From Bacteroidota bacterium (GTDB lineage Bacteria; Bacteroidota; Bacteroidia; Bacteroidales; VadinHA17), in assembly GCA_003245695.1 (NCBI GenBank), contig QKCK01000063.1, forward strand, positions 1 through 37,175: a DNA stretch of 37,175 nucleotides, given 5' to 3'. Shown piece by piece: positions 17,882-28,042 of this stretch (positions within the stretch are counted from its first letter, which is position 1; every line of letters begins with the position of its first letter). The position numbers were made by a program, and so were the translations under genes. The notes below the pieces were generated by a model. The model was not told the DNA's origin. It did not search any database and was given only the letters and a program-made list of their open reading frames with translations.

Positions 17882-17921
17882 CAAAGGCAAAAGCGAGGCT
17901 ATAACATCATAAGCTTTACCA

Positions 17922-18719
17922 CTATGCATAGCTTTCAGGGTTCCTGATAGCATTTTTGATGTATTTAAACAGTCGTGCTCCGTGAGATGCATCCGCCAGG
18001 CGATGATCGATGGCAATAGTAAGTGACATCATTCTGCGGATGGTTATTTCATTATTTACTACAACAGGTTTCTTCTGTATACCCCCCATTACAAAGACGA
18101 ATGAGAAATTGGCAGTAGGCAGCAGTGCCGGAAACCCGAAGTCAAGTCCCAGACTACCGATATTTGTCAGCAGGAAAGAGCCGTTGGTATTGGGTGTAAG
18201 ACCCAGTCCTGGTATTGAGAGTCCCCAGTCAAGTGTCAGCAGTTTGAATAATCTGAAGAGCCAGTTACGGAAGGGCCAGGGGAGGCGTGCCAACACATTT
18301 TTGCTTTTGGTGAAGTCATTCTCACGTCCACCACGTGACTTGTTTATTGCACTGTTCATATAACCCTGAAGGGTCTCATAGGTAAGAGTGTCGGCTTCAG
18401 GGACGATGACTGAGCTCATGTCACCGGTGGCCTGCAGGACGCTTACACCCACATCCACCGACGGACGGGGCAGTATCTTACCCCTGCGCGGGTAGGTATT
18501 GAACTCGGGGATATCATTTTTTACAGCCCTGGCAAGTACCAAAACGAAGAAATGTGTTAGCGTAATCTTCTGTCCCTCTTTTCTCTTCTGTGCAATATAG
18601 TCTTCGAGATCGGTGACGTCTATCTCAACACCACCGAATATCTTTGAGTCAACAGGTTTCTTATAGATTGTAGTGGCTACCTTACGCCATGTAGAGTTAA
18701 ACTGCTCGTGTGAATCCAT
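17922..18719 (-). CDS. Stand-alone 2-oxoacid dehydrogenase E2-type acyltransferase catalytic domain
   Basis: PEFN, GSFLLTNIGS, KPVV..I..R.MMSLT.AIDHRLADA; no lipoyl or E3-binding domain in 265 aa. Confidence 0.85.
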   Translation of the reverse strand: MDSHEQFNSTWRKVATTIYKKPVDSKIFGGVEIDVTDLEDYIAQKRKEGQKITLTHFFVLVLARAVKNDIPEFNTYPRRGKILPRPSVDVGVSVLQATGDMSSVIVPEADTLTYETLQGYMNSAINKSRGGRENDFTKSKNVLARLPWPFRNWLFRLFKLLTLDWGLSIPGLGLTPNTNGSFLLTNIGSLGLDFGFPALLPTANFSFVFVMGGIQKKPVVVNNEITIRRMMSLTIAIDHRLADASHGARLFKYIKNAIRNPESYA

Positions 18720-18793
18720 TGAATATAAAATAAGAAGTTCAAAAGTGGGATTTTTTTTGATGTTATCCTACAGTGGATGATTTACTTTCATGA

Positions 18794-19378
18794 TCACTCT
18801 CTCTTTTTCCCCAGAGAGATATCTACTCCTGCCTTAAATGATGACATCATGAAATAATCATTGCCAAAGCAAATATTAAAAGGTGATATCTCATAGGTAA
18901 CCCTGCTGTTGCGGGGGGTTATTCTCAATCCGGCGGCTACCATTGCCCCATAGTATGCCTTATAAAAGTATTCTGAGTTATTTGTTGTCTGGTCCATGCC
19001 TCCTGTTCCCAGCAATCCGCGTGAGTAGTTTATGTTTCCTCCTGCCTCAATGAATAATGCTAATGGCTTATACTTTATGAGGTCATAGCTGCAGTTCAGT
19101 CCTATAGATGTAACTCTGTAATACTGGTCTCGCTGGTCGGTGATTCCAAAAGGCAGGAAACTGCCAGCCATGATACCGGGACCTATCCTTAGCCTGTTTT
19201 TATAAAATACCTTCTGATAGCTGATTTGCACAACGCCTCCCACACCAATCTCCCTTGATCCTTCATTTATTGCAATACCTGCGGTTGTTTTCAAGCTTGA
19301 TCCTGATGTCTGCTGCCCTGCAATATCAGGGATCAGTATAATGAAAAACATCAATAATGATAGTACTTTGATCTTCAT
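18794..19378 (-). CDS. Small outer-membrane beta-barrel-like protein
   Basis: Signal peptide and alternating amphipathic beta-strands; TATCTTTG -7 box at 19410-19417. Confidence 0.65.
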   Translation of the reverse strand: MKIKVLSLLMFFIILIPDIAGQQTSGSSLKTTAGIAINEGSREIGVGGVVQISYQKVFYKNRLRIGPGIMAGSFLPFGITDQRDQYYRVTSIGLNCSYDLIKYKPLALFIEAGGNINYSRGLLGTGGMDQTTNNSEYFYKAYYGAMVAAGLRITPRNSRVTYEISPFNICFGNDYFMMSSFKAGVDISLGKKRE

Positions 19379-19561
19379 GCGTCTTGTTTTTGTATGGTAG
19401 TACGTTGCTCAAAGATATTGTTTTTGGTATAATTCTTATTTCTCCGGTCGATTTTGTATATAAGGCAAAAGAAGTGGTAATTTTGTATATGGCTGACATT
19501 GTTGAGAATATGTTCGGGTGATGTTCTTAATAAGGAACAGCAATGATAGCAAGTTATTTAT

Positions 19562-20719
19562 ATGAAAGGTATTATAGTAACATTAGCATTTCTCTCTCTC
19601 GCAGCCGCTTTGTCAGCGCAGGGAGATCCTCCTTTCAGTGTTAACGATCTCTTTGATCACAGTGAGCCTGAGACATTAGGGTTATGCATGATTCCGGGTG
19701 CTGAGACCATAACAGTGTTCTCTCCGGGCAGTGCTGATAACAAGTATAATCACGGGGTGGTTCTGTTCCCTTTTAAGGGGATGCTTTATGCGCAGTGGCA
19801 GAGTTCTGCTGTTGATGAAGACAGTCCTGATACGAAGGTGTTTTACAGCAGGAGCAGTGATGGGAAGTGTTGGAGTGCCCCCCTGTTACTGGCTGATACA
19901 TATGATGGCATTCTGACCACCGGCGGAGGGTGGTGGAGTGATGGTGATACTCTGGTTGCATATCTCTGCCGATGGAGGAACGGGGATAGTGCTATACGTG
20001 AGGGATACACAGTATATTTCACTTCTGTTGACGGTGAGGAGTGGAGTGATGCCAGGCCAGTGACAGACTTTCAGGGAGACACTCTTAAAGGTATTATAGA
20101 ACAGGATGTTCATTCTCTTTCTGACGGGAGGATAATAACAGCCTTTCATCTGCAGCCGGGGCTGCAGGTTACCCCCTTTTTCACAGATGATCGTATGGGT
20201 GTCAGTGGCTGGAGGGCAGGGGTGATGGAGCATCTTCTGTCAGATGATAGATACATTACCAGGGAGCTTGAACCATCATGGTTTTACAGGAGTGATGGTG
20301 CTGTGGTGATGATCTTTCGTGATCAGACCGGGTCATTCAGGAGTCTGGCCTCAGTGAGTTATGACAGAGGTGTTACCTGGAGCACCCCTGTGGTAACAGA
20401 CATTCGTGACTCCAGGGCGAAGCAGAGTGCCGGTAACCTGCCGGATGGGACTGCCTTTATAGTTAATAATCCTTCAGGTACCAGGAACAGGTTTCCATTG
20501 GTTCTGACAGTGAGCAGCGACGGTTTTGTTTTTGACAGGGCCTATCTGCTGCGCAGCGGTGGCGATGATATGCAGTCTATGCGATACCAGGGTCGCTATA
20601 AGCGTCCGGGTTTCAGTTATCCAAAGAGCGTGGTATGGGGCAGTCATCTCTTTGTTGGTTATGCCACCAACAAGGAGGATGTGGAGATAACACGTATACC
20701 CATAGATTGTCTTCGTTAA
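19562..20719 (+). CDS. Secreted BNR/Asp-box beta-propeller protein (sialidase-like fold, no RIP motif)
   Basis: Signal peptide; SSDGKCW, SVDGEEW, SYDRGVTW and SSDGFVF Asp boxes; C-terminal FSYPK; TAATTTTG -7 box at 19478-19485. Confidence 0.75.
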   Translation: MKGIIVTLAFLSLAAALSAQGDPPFSVNDLFDHSEPETLGLCMIPGAETITVFSPGSADNKYNHGVVLFPFKGMLYAQWQSSAVDEDSPDTKVFYSRSSDGKCWSAPLLLADTYDGILTTGGGWWSDGDTLVAYLCRWRNGDSAIREGYTVYFTSVDGEEWSDARPVTDFQGDTLKGIIEQDVHSLSDGRIITAFHLQPGLQVTPFFTDDRMGVSGWRAGVMEHLLSDDRYITRELEPSWFYRSDGAVVMIFRDQTGSFRSLASVSYDRGVTWSTPVVTDIRDSRAKQSAGNLPDGTAFIVNNPSGTRNRFPLVLTVSSDGFVFDRAYLLRSGGDDMQSMRYQGRYKRPGFSYPKSVVWGSHLFVGYATNKEDVEITRIPIDCLR

Positions 20720-20772
20720 GATTGATCACACGCTGACTGTGGCTCACTAAGTGTCTTTCGGTTCGAAAGAAA

Positions 20773-22026
20773 TCAGTCGTCAGTCTTGTTTGCTACAGCA
20801 GGTCTCAGTGTCATAAGCTGCAGTATTACAGCTATTGCAACAGGTATGGCAAGCATGGCCATATCTTTACCAAGATGTCCTGAGTCGGTTGACTTGCCTA
20901 GCATGTTTGTGATAAATGCACCTGCAAACACACCTGTCATATTCATCAGACCGTATCCGGCAGCACGATGTCGTGAGGAGACGAACTGGCACAGTATGGG
21001 CATATTGTTTGCATCAAACATACCAAATCCGATGCCGAAGAGTACTCCGCCGCCAACTATAAGCAATGGAGCTGTCCCAAACCCAAGGAGACCCAGTGCC
21101 GGAATAAGGAGTGAGAGGCCTATTGCTCCCGTAAAGATCCTTCCTCTCAGGTTTGTCTGTATCCATCTGTCAGCAAGCAGTCCTCCAACGATAACACCTA
21201 TGAATGATGATGAGGCTATGGTTATTGTTGACAATGGTCCGGCTACTGTCATATCGAGACCCATACTTTCTGAGAAGAGGGTAGGCAGCCAGTTTTTTGT
21301 TGCCCAGCCCGGGAAGCTGGGTACGGCAAAGTAGAAGAGGATAACCCAGAAGCTTATTGTTCCCAGTAGTGCTCCCATACTCTGATATATTGATTTTATT
21401 CCAAAGCCATGTTTTATTGCAGGAGTGGTTGAGGTGCTCTCCTCTCTGACAGGGTCTTTCAGGAAGAGTATAAGTATCAGGCTGTATACCACCCCAATCA
21501 GGCCAAAAGAGTGAAACGCTGTCTGCCATGAGAAGGAATGGGCCAGGGTAGCTCCAAAACCGCCTATTGCCTGACCCAGGTAGAGGCCTGTCATATGAAT
21601 TCCTATTGCCAGTGAGCGTGTGGTCTCTTTATGATATTCAACTATCAGGGCCAGGCCTGCCGGTATATACAGTGCCTCGCTCAGACCCATAATTGCTCTG
21701 AGGGCATAAAGGACGTTAAAATCATGTGCATAACCCATCAGCAGGGTGACACTTGACCAGACACCCAGGCTGCCAACGATAAGCCATTTCTTGCTGAGCC
21801 TGTCAGCAACAAAGCCTGCCATGGGACTGACAAAACCATAGACCCACAGGAAGACGGCCATAAGATATCCGAAGTTCTCAGCGCTCTCAAGCTCTTTGAT
21901 GTCAGCCATCATTGATATTCTCATGGTTGACAGCATCTGCCTGTCCATATAATTCAGTAATGCTACAAACCATAAAAGTCCTACCACAACCCATGGATAG
22001 AAAGATTTGTTATTTCTTTGTTTCAT
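20773..22026 (-). CDS. nanT: MFS transporter, Bacteroides NanT-like sialic acid permease
   Basis: LNYMDRQ, ADRLS, RAIMG.SEA.Y.PA and GMFD.NNMPILCQ; last gene of the nan PUL. Confidence 0.75.
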   Translation of the reverse strand: MKQRNNKSFYPWVVVGLLWFVALLNYMDRQMLSTMRISMMADIKELESAENFGYLMAVFLWVYGFVSPMAGFVADRLSKKWLIVGSLGVWSSVTLLMGYAHDFNVLYALRAIMGLSEALYIPAGLALIVEYHKETTRSLAIGIHMTGLYLGQAIGGFGATLAHSFSWQTAFHSFGLIGVVYSLILILFLKDPVREESTSTTPAIKHGFGIKSIYQSMGALLGTISFWVILFYFAVPSFPGWATKNWLPTLFSESMGLDMTVAGPLSTITIASSSFIGVIVGGLLADRWIQTNLRGRIFTGAIGLSLLIPALGLLGFGTAPLLIVGGGVLFGIGFGMFDANNMPILCQFVSSRHRAAGYGLMNMTGVFAGAFITNMLGKSTDSGHLGKDMAMLAIPVAIAVILQLMTLRPAVANKTDD

Positions 22027-22123
22027 CTTCTTTGTCTTCCTTGTTATTTAAAAGTCAGCACAGGATACTCACTTCTGCTTTTCTCAGGCATTAAATCAAA
22101 CGGTATAATGGCTGGTGCCTGAT

Positions 22124-23758
22124 TTACTTATTTATAATATCTGACAATGGTATTTTCTCAAATACAAGATCAGCCTGGCTACTTTCATATAAAACGGCTA
22201 TTTCGTTTTCATTTACAGAGGTAATGCATGAATATCCCCTTGACTTCATCTCATCTAATAGTATCCAGTATTTCTCCGGCCATGTCATGCCATCATCGAA
22301 GCTTACTTTGAGAGTCATATTCTCTCTTTTCGTTTTTGAGTTGGGATTAGAAAACAGAAGCATCTCTTTCTGAACCCCATTGACCGTATAGTAATGTTTA
22401 TGTATTGAGGCCATGCATACAGGTTCCGGGAGACCTCCTCTTGATGTGGGATGCTCGGTCCATGATTCACCCAGGTCTTTTGTCACAGCAACAGCTCTGC
22501 CGTTGTTGTCGGAGAGGTTGTTTCTGTTGCTATTAAGCCTCATGTTCAGCATTATTGATCCGTTAGAAAGCTCTACTGCCATGTTTTCTGTTGTGTTGTG
22601 GTATGCAGGTTTGCCGGTATGCCATGTCACACCGTTGTCGCGGCTCCATATTATAGTTGAAAAAGGGCTTCCCTTTTCATCGCGGCCCTGTGAAGGCAAT
22701 ACTATTGTTCCATCGCGGAGGGTTATGCCATGGCCTGGTGTTGGGGCAATCAGCCACCACTCTCTTTTTTTCACCATTGTGGTTATTACAGCCGGGTCGC
22801 TCCATGTTACTCCGTCGTCACTGCTGTGAGAGATCACAAACTGTGTTGTCTCTTTCACCCCAAAACCTGGTTGTGATCCTTTGTTTTTCCACTGGTGGTT
22901 CCATACCTCAGAGCTGTCTGTCAGTCCTTCTATCCACTTGCCATTTTCATCTAATACGCCATGCATCCACAGGCCTGTGATAAACAGGTAATTATCATCA
23001 TCGGCCACTACTCCGGGATCGCTTACGCCATTGAACTTCTCGGGCAGGCCTCCCCATTTGCCCATGTCAAGTACTATCTTCATGGGCTCCCATGTTTTAC
23101 CTCCGTCACAGCTCCTGCTCATCCCTACATCTATGTCGCCCTGCAGATCGCGGCTGCTTCTCCTGCGGGCATCATACACTGCTATCAGCGTCCCTTGTTT
23201 TGTTGTGGTGATGCCCGGTATACGGTAGGTATCAACATCATCGTCCATATGTTTTCTGAGAGCGTATCCTATCCGCAGCTCACGCTTGTCACCCTCCTCC
23301 CGGGGAATGGCACGGCCTTCACTGCTTTTAACTGAGACACACGATATGCTGATCTTATGTAATAACTCCGCCTCACTGTTCAACTCTAAAGAGACCCACA
23401 GGTTGCAGCTGTCTTTAAACCTGACCTCATCACTGAACTTTATCTTCATTGATGGTTTTTGGTCTTTACCATATTGGTTTGCAGTAATGAACTCAGACTG
23501 TGTTGCTGAGTAGAACAGCCTGACAGCACTGAGATCATTAAGATCGGTTGTCCCTTCAAGGCTTATGGAGACTTCTGATACAGAGATACTGTCATGGGTG
23601 TCAGCCCTTAACAGTATTTTCAGAACGGGGTTGTCAGTTTTGTTAGTCAAAACAGGAACCTGGTACAGTGTTGTTTTAACTGTTATCTTTTCAGACATAC
23701 ATCCTGCAGTTAATGCAAGAAAAGCAAGGCTGGTTATCAGGATCTCTTTAAAGTGCAT
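22124..23758 (-). CDS. nanH: GH33 exo-alpha-sialidase, NanH-like lipoprotein with N-terminal domain
   Basis: YRIP, DARR..DLQ, five Asp boxes (SCDGGKTW, SSDDGVTW, SRDNGVTW, TKDLGESW, SFDDGMTW), TTE, NMR and GYS. Confidence 0.9.
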   Translation of the reverse strand: MHFKEILITSLAFLALTAGCMSEKITVKTTLYQVPVLTNKTDNPVLKILLRADTHDSISVSEVSISLEGTTDLNDLSAVRLFYSATQSEFITANQYGKDQKPSMKIKFSDEVRFKDSCNLWVSLELNSEAELLHKISISCVSVKSSEGRAIPREEGDKRELRIGYALRKHMDDDVDTYRIPGITTTKQGTLIAVYDARRRSSRDLQGDIDVGMSRSCDGGKTWEPMKIVLDMGKWGGLPEKFNGVSDPGVVADDDNYLFITGLWMHGVLDENGKWIEGLTDSSEVWNHQWKNKGSQPGFGVKETTQFVISHSSDDGVTWSDPAVITTMVKKREWWLIAPTPGHGITLRDGTIVLPSQGRDEKGSPFSTIIWSRDNGVTWHTGKPAYHNTTENMAVELSNGSIMLNMRLNSNRNNLSDNNGRAVAVTKDLGESWTEHPTSRGGLPEPVCMASIHKHYYTVNGVQKEMLLFSNPNSKTKRENMTLKVSFDDGMTWPEKYWILLDEMKSRGYSCITSVNENEIAVLYESSQADLVFEKIPLSDIINK

Positions 23759-23775
23759 ATAGTAAGTTATTGATT

Positions 23776-23817
23776 CAAAAATAAATAGTTACAGGGAGCA
23801 TTCTATCTCCCTGTAAC
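23776..23817 (-). terminator. Intra-operon stem-loop or weak terminator
   Basis: 11-bp stem GTTACAGGGAG/CTCCCTGTAAC followed on the minus strand by TATTTATTTTT. Confidence 0.65.
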
Positions 23818-23830
23818 ATGATTAACATAA

Positions 23831-25348
23831 TTAAAGTCCAAACAAATTACTAACCTCTGTAGCTGTTAATGGTCGGTTATATAAAATCAGTTCATCTATT
23901 GAGCCGGTGAAGAATGCAGAATAGGTACCTCCGCCTGTGGCTTCCTGGGCTCCTATCTTAAATGGCTGTGAGCTCGATACCTCTTTAATGGAGGTTGCGT
24001 CCTGGCTCAGAGCCAGAACACCGTCAATATATACGCTGCTGGTAAGTCCTTCCCTGATACATACCACATGGTGCCAGCTGCCGTCAGAGACACCTGTTGC
24101 CACATTTACGATGTTTGATCCGCTGGCGTCCTCACAGTCAAACCTCACTTTGCGTGTGGTTGTGTTATCGCCAATCCTGAGCCATGTCTGCAGGTCGCCG
24201 GTGCCTATTACCCCGCCGCTCTCCATCCATATCATCATCTTTGTTGTCAGTGTTGTCCTGACCCAGCATGAGATAGAGAAGTCATTTGTTCCGAAGTTGA
24301 AGGCTGAGTTGTCAGGTGCAACAAGCACGCTGGCGCCATCGAAAGTAGCACATGTGTTCACTGACTGTCTGTCAGCCTCAGTGTAGATGATTGTGCCTGT
24401 GCCGTTGTTTGAAGGATCAACCTTGTTTGGTCCGGCGTCCTTGCTGTCTCCGTCAAAGGGATAGAAGGCTACGATGCCGCTTCCGGGAACAACAAGCACA
24501 TATTTTGTTATCTCTTTTTCAGATGACTTGAATTCGTTAGCCACCACAAGCTTAACGGTATATCTGCCTGCAGTGCTGTATGTAACAACAGGATTCTGAT
24601 CTGATGATACTGACGGTGATCCTCCTTCAAAGGTCCAGCTCCATGATGTAGCTGAGCCCAGCGATTTGTCAGTGAAATTAATGGCTCCTCCTTCATAGGT
24701 GCTATTGAAGTCAGAGGAGAAATCTGCCTCCACAGATGTTATGTCGATGACAGTGAGAAAGTCACTTTTGACTTCGGTGTCAGAGCTTATTGGGTTGGTA
24801 ACCTTTAATGACACTGTATATACACCCGGAGAGGTGAAGGTGATGGTCGGATTCTGCTCTGATGACCTTATGGTATCTCCACCGGCAGCAGTATACATCT
24901 TCCATGACCATGCCGTTGGTATGCCTGTGGAGAGGTCAGTGAAGGAGACACTGTTATCCTGGTTTATAGTGGTAACGTTGCTGGTGAAGTCAGCAGCCAC
25001 GTCATCATAACTGACAGTGATGAAGTCTTCTTCTGATACTGAGACAGTATCACCCTGTCGGCCAATGGTAAGAGTTACCTTGTAGCTTCCCGGGATTGAA
25101 TATGTCACTTCGGGGCTTGTCAGGTTGGAGGTGGAAGGAGAGCCTCCTTCAAAGGTCCATTTCCATGTTGAGGGGCTTCCTGTTGACTCATCAGAGAAGA
25201 TCACTTTGCTTCCGGCAACTATCACCTGATTGTCAGCAGTGAATTTTGGTTCAAGCGTATTTTCAATCTCATCTTTGCAGGAATAGAAGATTCCTGCAGT
25301 AAGAAGAGAGATACATATGTAAAAAACAGTTCTTTTCATCATAATCAT
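23831..25348 (-). CDS. Lipoprotein with three PKD domains and a C-terminal LamG-like domain (probable surface glycan-binding protein)
   Basis: FYSC lipobox; three F.D.S.G....W.W..P..T(Y/F)...G.Y.V.L repeats; FSISCW, WHHV, F.G.IDEL..YNR.LT. Confidence 0.85.
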   Translation of the reverse strand: MIMMKRTVFYICISLLTAGIFYSCKDEIENTLEPKFTADNQVIVAGSKVIFSDESTGSPSTWKWTFEGGSPSTSNLTSPEVTYSIPGSYKVTLTIGRQGDTVSVSEEDFITVSYDDVAADFTSNVTTINQDNSVSFTDLSTGIPTAWSWKMYTAAGGDTIRSSEQNPTITFTSPGVYTVSLKVTNPISSDTEVKSDFLTVIDITSVEADFSSDFNSTYEGGAINFTDKSLGSATSWSWTFEGGSPSVSSDQNPVVTYSTAGRYTVKLVVANEFKSSEKEITKYVLVVPGSGIVAFYPFDGDSKDAGPNKVDPSNNGTGTIIYTEADRQSVNTCATFDGASVLVAPDNSAFNFGTNDFSISCWVRTTLTTKMMIWMESGGVIGTGDLQTWLRIGDNTTTRKVRFDCEDASGSNIVNVATGVSDGSWHHVVCIREGLTSSVYIDGVLALSQDATSIKEVSSSQPFKIGAQEATGGGTYSAFFTGSIDELILYNRPLTATEVSNLFGL

Positions 25349-25387
25349 TGATTGATATATTTATCTCAGATGAAAAAGCATCTGAGA

Positions 25388-26569
25388 CTATAAAAAGTCA
25401 GTAAGAAATATACTTTCGAAAGTTATCCCCTCATAAGGCGAGGAGCTTCCTTTCTCATAGAGTATAGCTATCATCTCATCGGAGATCATTACTATGTCAG
25501 AGTAAGCAGAGGGGCCGCTGTAGACCTGATATGACTTTACCCAGGTATTACCGTCGTCCCTGCTCATTCTTATTGTCATATTAGTGCGTGTTGTGCTTGC
25601 TGCGTTGGCACAGAACACAGTATGTGTTCCGGATATATCGGCTGACACGCTGCTGCCCTGGCATACCGGGTCAATAAGGGTATAGTCGGTTGCTATTGCT
25701 GACCATGTTGTTCCGCCATCAAGGCTTTTAGATACTACCCGGCGGTATCCGTTGTTTTTGCATCTCATGTTCAGCATCAGGTTGCCATCAGTCAGTTCAG
25801 CTACTGTACTCTCATTAGGGTTGACAGAGGCATCAGGAGTTACTCCTCCCAGTTTCCACGTTGCACCGTGATCATCAGAGTAGATTATGTGCGAGTGTCC
25901 TTTGCCACCCTCTGACGATAATTCAATATCATCGCAGGGAACAACAAGCCTGCCGGCAAAAGCACCTGCATTGATCTGAATGCCATGACATGGGCCGGTA
26001 GCATACCATCCCCACTCAGCCTTTTTGACTGATGATGTTATCTCTGTGGGTTCACACCATGTTACGCCATCATCGTCGGAGTGGGTTACAAACACCCTGC
26101 GGGTGTCAGTGCTTGTTCCGTTATTGATAGTGCTGATATCGTCAGTGCCAAGGTTCCATGTCATCAGCAGGTAGATACGACCTGTTGACTGATCGACGAC
26201 AGGAGCGGGGTTACCACAGGTGTTCTCACCGTCACTCCATACAACCTGTAGCGTGCTCCATGTCTTGCCATAGTCTGATGACCTTTTCAAAACGAGATCA
26301 ATGTCACCTTCATCACCACAACTGGTCTTTCTTCCCTCAGCAAACGCCAGGAGTGTACCTTCGTTGGTTATAGCCATAGCAGGTATCCTGAAGCAATAGT
26401 AATCATTTGTTCCCCTCTTGAACGGAGTTGCAGATGTCTCTGTAAGAGCATCATCGTCATCATCATCATCGCCTGGCTGTAACGGTTCATCACCTCCGTT
26501 GCATGAAAAGAGATAACACATGATGAATACAATGACGGTCTGCCATTTTAAAGATGACACTTTTCTCAT
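25388..26569 (-). CDS. GH33 sialidase, lipoprotein, catalytic domain only
   Basis: LFSC lipobox, acidic linker, FRIP, AEGR, five Asp boxes, NE, NMR and AYS; start moved to ATG 26569. Confidence 0.9.
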   Translation of the reverse strand: MRKVSSLKWQTVIVFIMCYLFSCNGGDEPLQPGDDDDDDDALTETSATPFKRGTNDYYCFRIPAMAITNEGTLLAFAEGRKTSCGDEGDIDLVLKRSSDYGKTWSTLQVVWSDGENTCGNPAPVVDQSTGRIYLLMTWNLGTDDISTINNGTSTDTRRVFVTHSDDDGVTWCEPTEITSSVKKAEWGWYATGPCHGIQINAGAFAGRLVVPCDDIELSSEGGKGHSHIIYSDDHGATWKLGGVTPDASVNPNESTVAELTDGNLMLNMRCKNNGYRRVVSKSLDGGTTWSAIATDYTLIDPVCQGSSVSADISGTHTVFCANAASTTRTNMTIRMSRDDGNTWVKSYQVYSGPSAYSDIVMISDEMIAILYEKGSSSPYEGITFESIFLTDFL

Positions 26570-26588
26570 TTCTTTATTATTAATTGAA

Positions 26589-28019
26589 TCAATAACCGGT
26601 TGTCTGTTCAAGGTTTGGATTTACATTAATATCGTCATCAGGTATCGGGAAGAACAGTGGGATAGTCTTTCCGGCCAGATTCGGTACAATGGTATAGGCA
26701 TCAATTGTTCCTCCATAATGAAAACGTACTATGTCAGGCCACCGTTTTTGTTCGAACCACAATTCCCTGAAGCGTTCATCAAGTATCTCCTTCTCTACGG
26801 ACTCCTTGTCTGTAGCGCCGGTGTATACTCCTGTGCCGGCACGCTGTCTTACCTTTTCGAGTTCGGTGATTGCCTCACCGGGGCGGTTGAGGGCGGCCAG
26901 TGCTTCGGCCTTAAAAAGAACGATCTCTGCAGCCCGGTATAATACAATGTCGTTTTCCCAGTAGCGGTCATCAGTATAGACTGTGCCTCTGAACTTATTG
27001 TCGAATATGCCTATGACATTGTTACTTGCATCAAGGGCAGTGATAACAGAGGCGGCTTTTCTGACATCATTGGAGGCAAAGAGATTCTGTATTGTCTCAC
27101 TGGGGGCATATACGCTTCTGGCGCCGTTGGTAGAATAGGCAATCAGGCTTTTATTTGCCGCACTGCTCACAAAGAGAGCTCTTGGCTTCAGCCTGCTGCC
27201 ATACTGGTCTGACTTCTCGTCGCGGAGGAAGAACAATGAAAAAATGATTTCACTGTTTTTCTTGTTCCCGGTATCATGGATCTTCGTGAAGTCAGAGATA
27301 AGTGACACACCAGACAACATTACCGAGTCAGCTGCATTTATAGCACCGGTGAGATCATCATCAGTGCCATTGAGAACTTTGTTTTTCCATAGCAGTGCAT
27401 CAGCCCTGAGGGCATATGCAGCCGGTTTTGAGGCTCTGTTTTTATCCTTGAAGCCATCCTCTGGGAAGAGTGAGATTGACTTTGTAATGTCGCTGAGTAT
27501 CTGATCCATCACCTCTGTTGCCGGAGCTCTCCCTGGCATATCTGACTCACTTGACTCAGTGGGATCGAGGACAAGAGGTACATCGCCCCATGATTTGATA
27601 AGCATAAGGTATGTATATGCCCTGATGAAATATCCCTGTGCAAGGCATCTCCTGACATTATCTGTTGCCGGTGATACTTCAGAACCATATTTTATAAGCA
27701 GGTTGCAGTGGTGTATCACTGTATAGAAGTCAAGCCAGCCTGGAGCGTTGGCTGCTGTCAGTGTCTGTGCCCATGCTACGGTCACTGAGCCTTCCAGCCC
27801 GGGTACAAAGGCATCACTTCGGTCTTCGAAATAGTAGGTAGTGTTTACCAGGCTTCTCAGTTCAGAATAGATACCTGTGGTATATCCTGTTACATCAGCT
27901 TCTCCCTGCCAGTAGCTGTCACTGGTGATATATGAAACTGTATCAACATCGAGCAGCTTATTACAGCCGGAGGCAATAACAAGAAACGCTATCAATACGG
28001 AAGTTATAATTTTTTTCAT
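26589..28019 (-). CDS. SusD/RagB family lipoprotein (NanU-like)
   Basis: ASGC lipobox, WGDVPL, YRAAE..L.KAEA, ER.REL..E..RW.D..R, NPNL.Q..GY. Confidence 0.95.
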   Translation of the reverse strand: MKKIITSVLIAFLVIASGCNKLLDVDTVSYITSDSYWQGEADVTGYTTGIYSELRSLVNTTYYFEDRSDAFVPGLEGSVTVAWAQTLTAANAPGWLDFYTVIHHCNLLIKYGSEVSPATDNVRRCLAQGYFIRAYTYLMLIKSWGDVPLVLDPTESSESDMPGRAPATEVMDQILSDITKSISLFPEDGFKDKNRASKPAAYALRADALLWKNKVLNGTDDDLTGAINAADSVMLSGVSLISDFTKIHDTGNKKNSEIIFSLFFLRDEKSDQYGSRLKPRALFVSSAANKSLIAYSTNGARSVYAPSETIQNLFASNDVRKAASVITALDASNNVIGIFDNKFRGTVYTDDRYWENDIVLYRAAEIVLFKAEALAALNRPGEAITELEKVRQRAGTGVYTGATDKESVEKEILDERFRELWFEQKRWPDIVRFHYGGTIDAYTIVPNLAGKTIPLFFPIPDDDINVNPNLEQTTGY

Positions 28020-28042
28020 GCTATTATCTGTTTATATCGATT

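Noticed and set aside
20786-24386. Longer antisense ORFs such as 20786-21334, 22413-22829 and 23937-24386
   Set aside because: They are shadows of well-supported minus-strand genes and have no recognisable motifs
26448-26471. (TCA)n-like repeat encoding poly-Asp in the lipoprotein sialidase
   Set aside because: In-frame, imperfect trinucleotide run encoding an ordinary acidic lipoprotein linker, not a phase-variation tract
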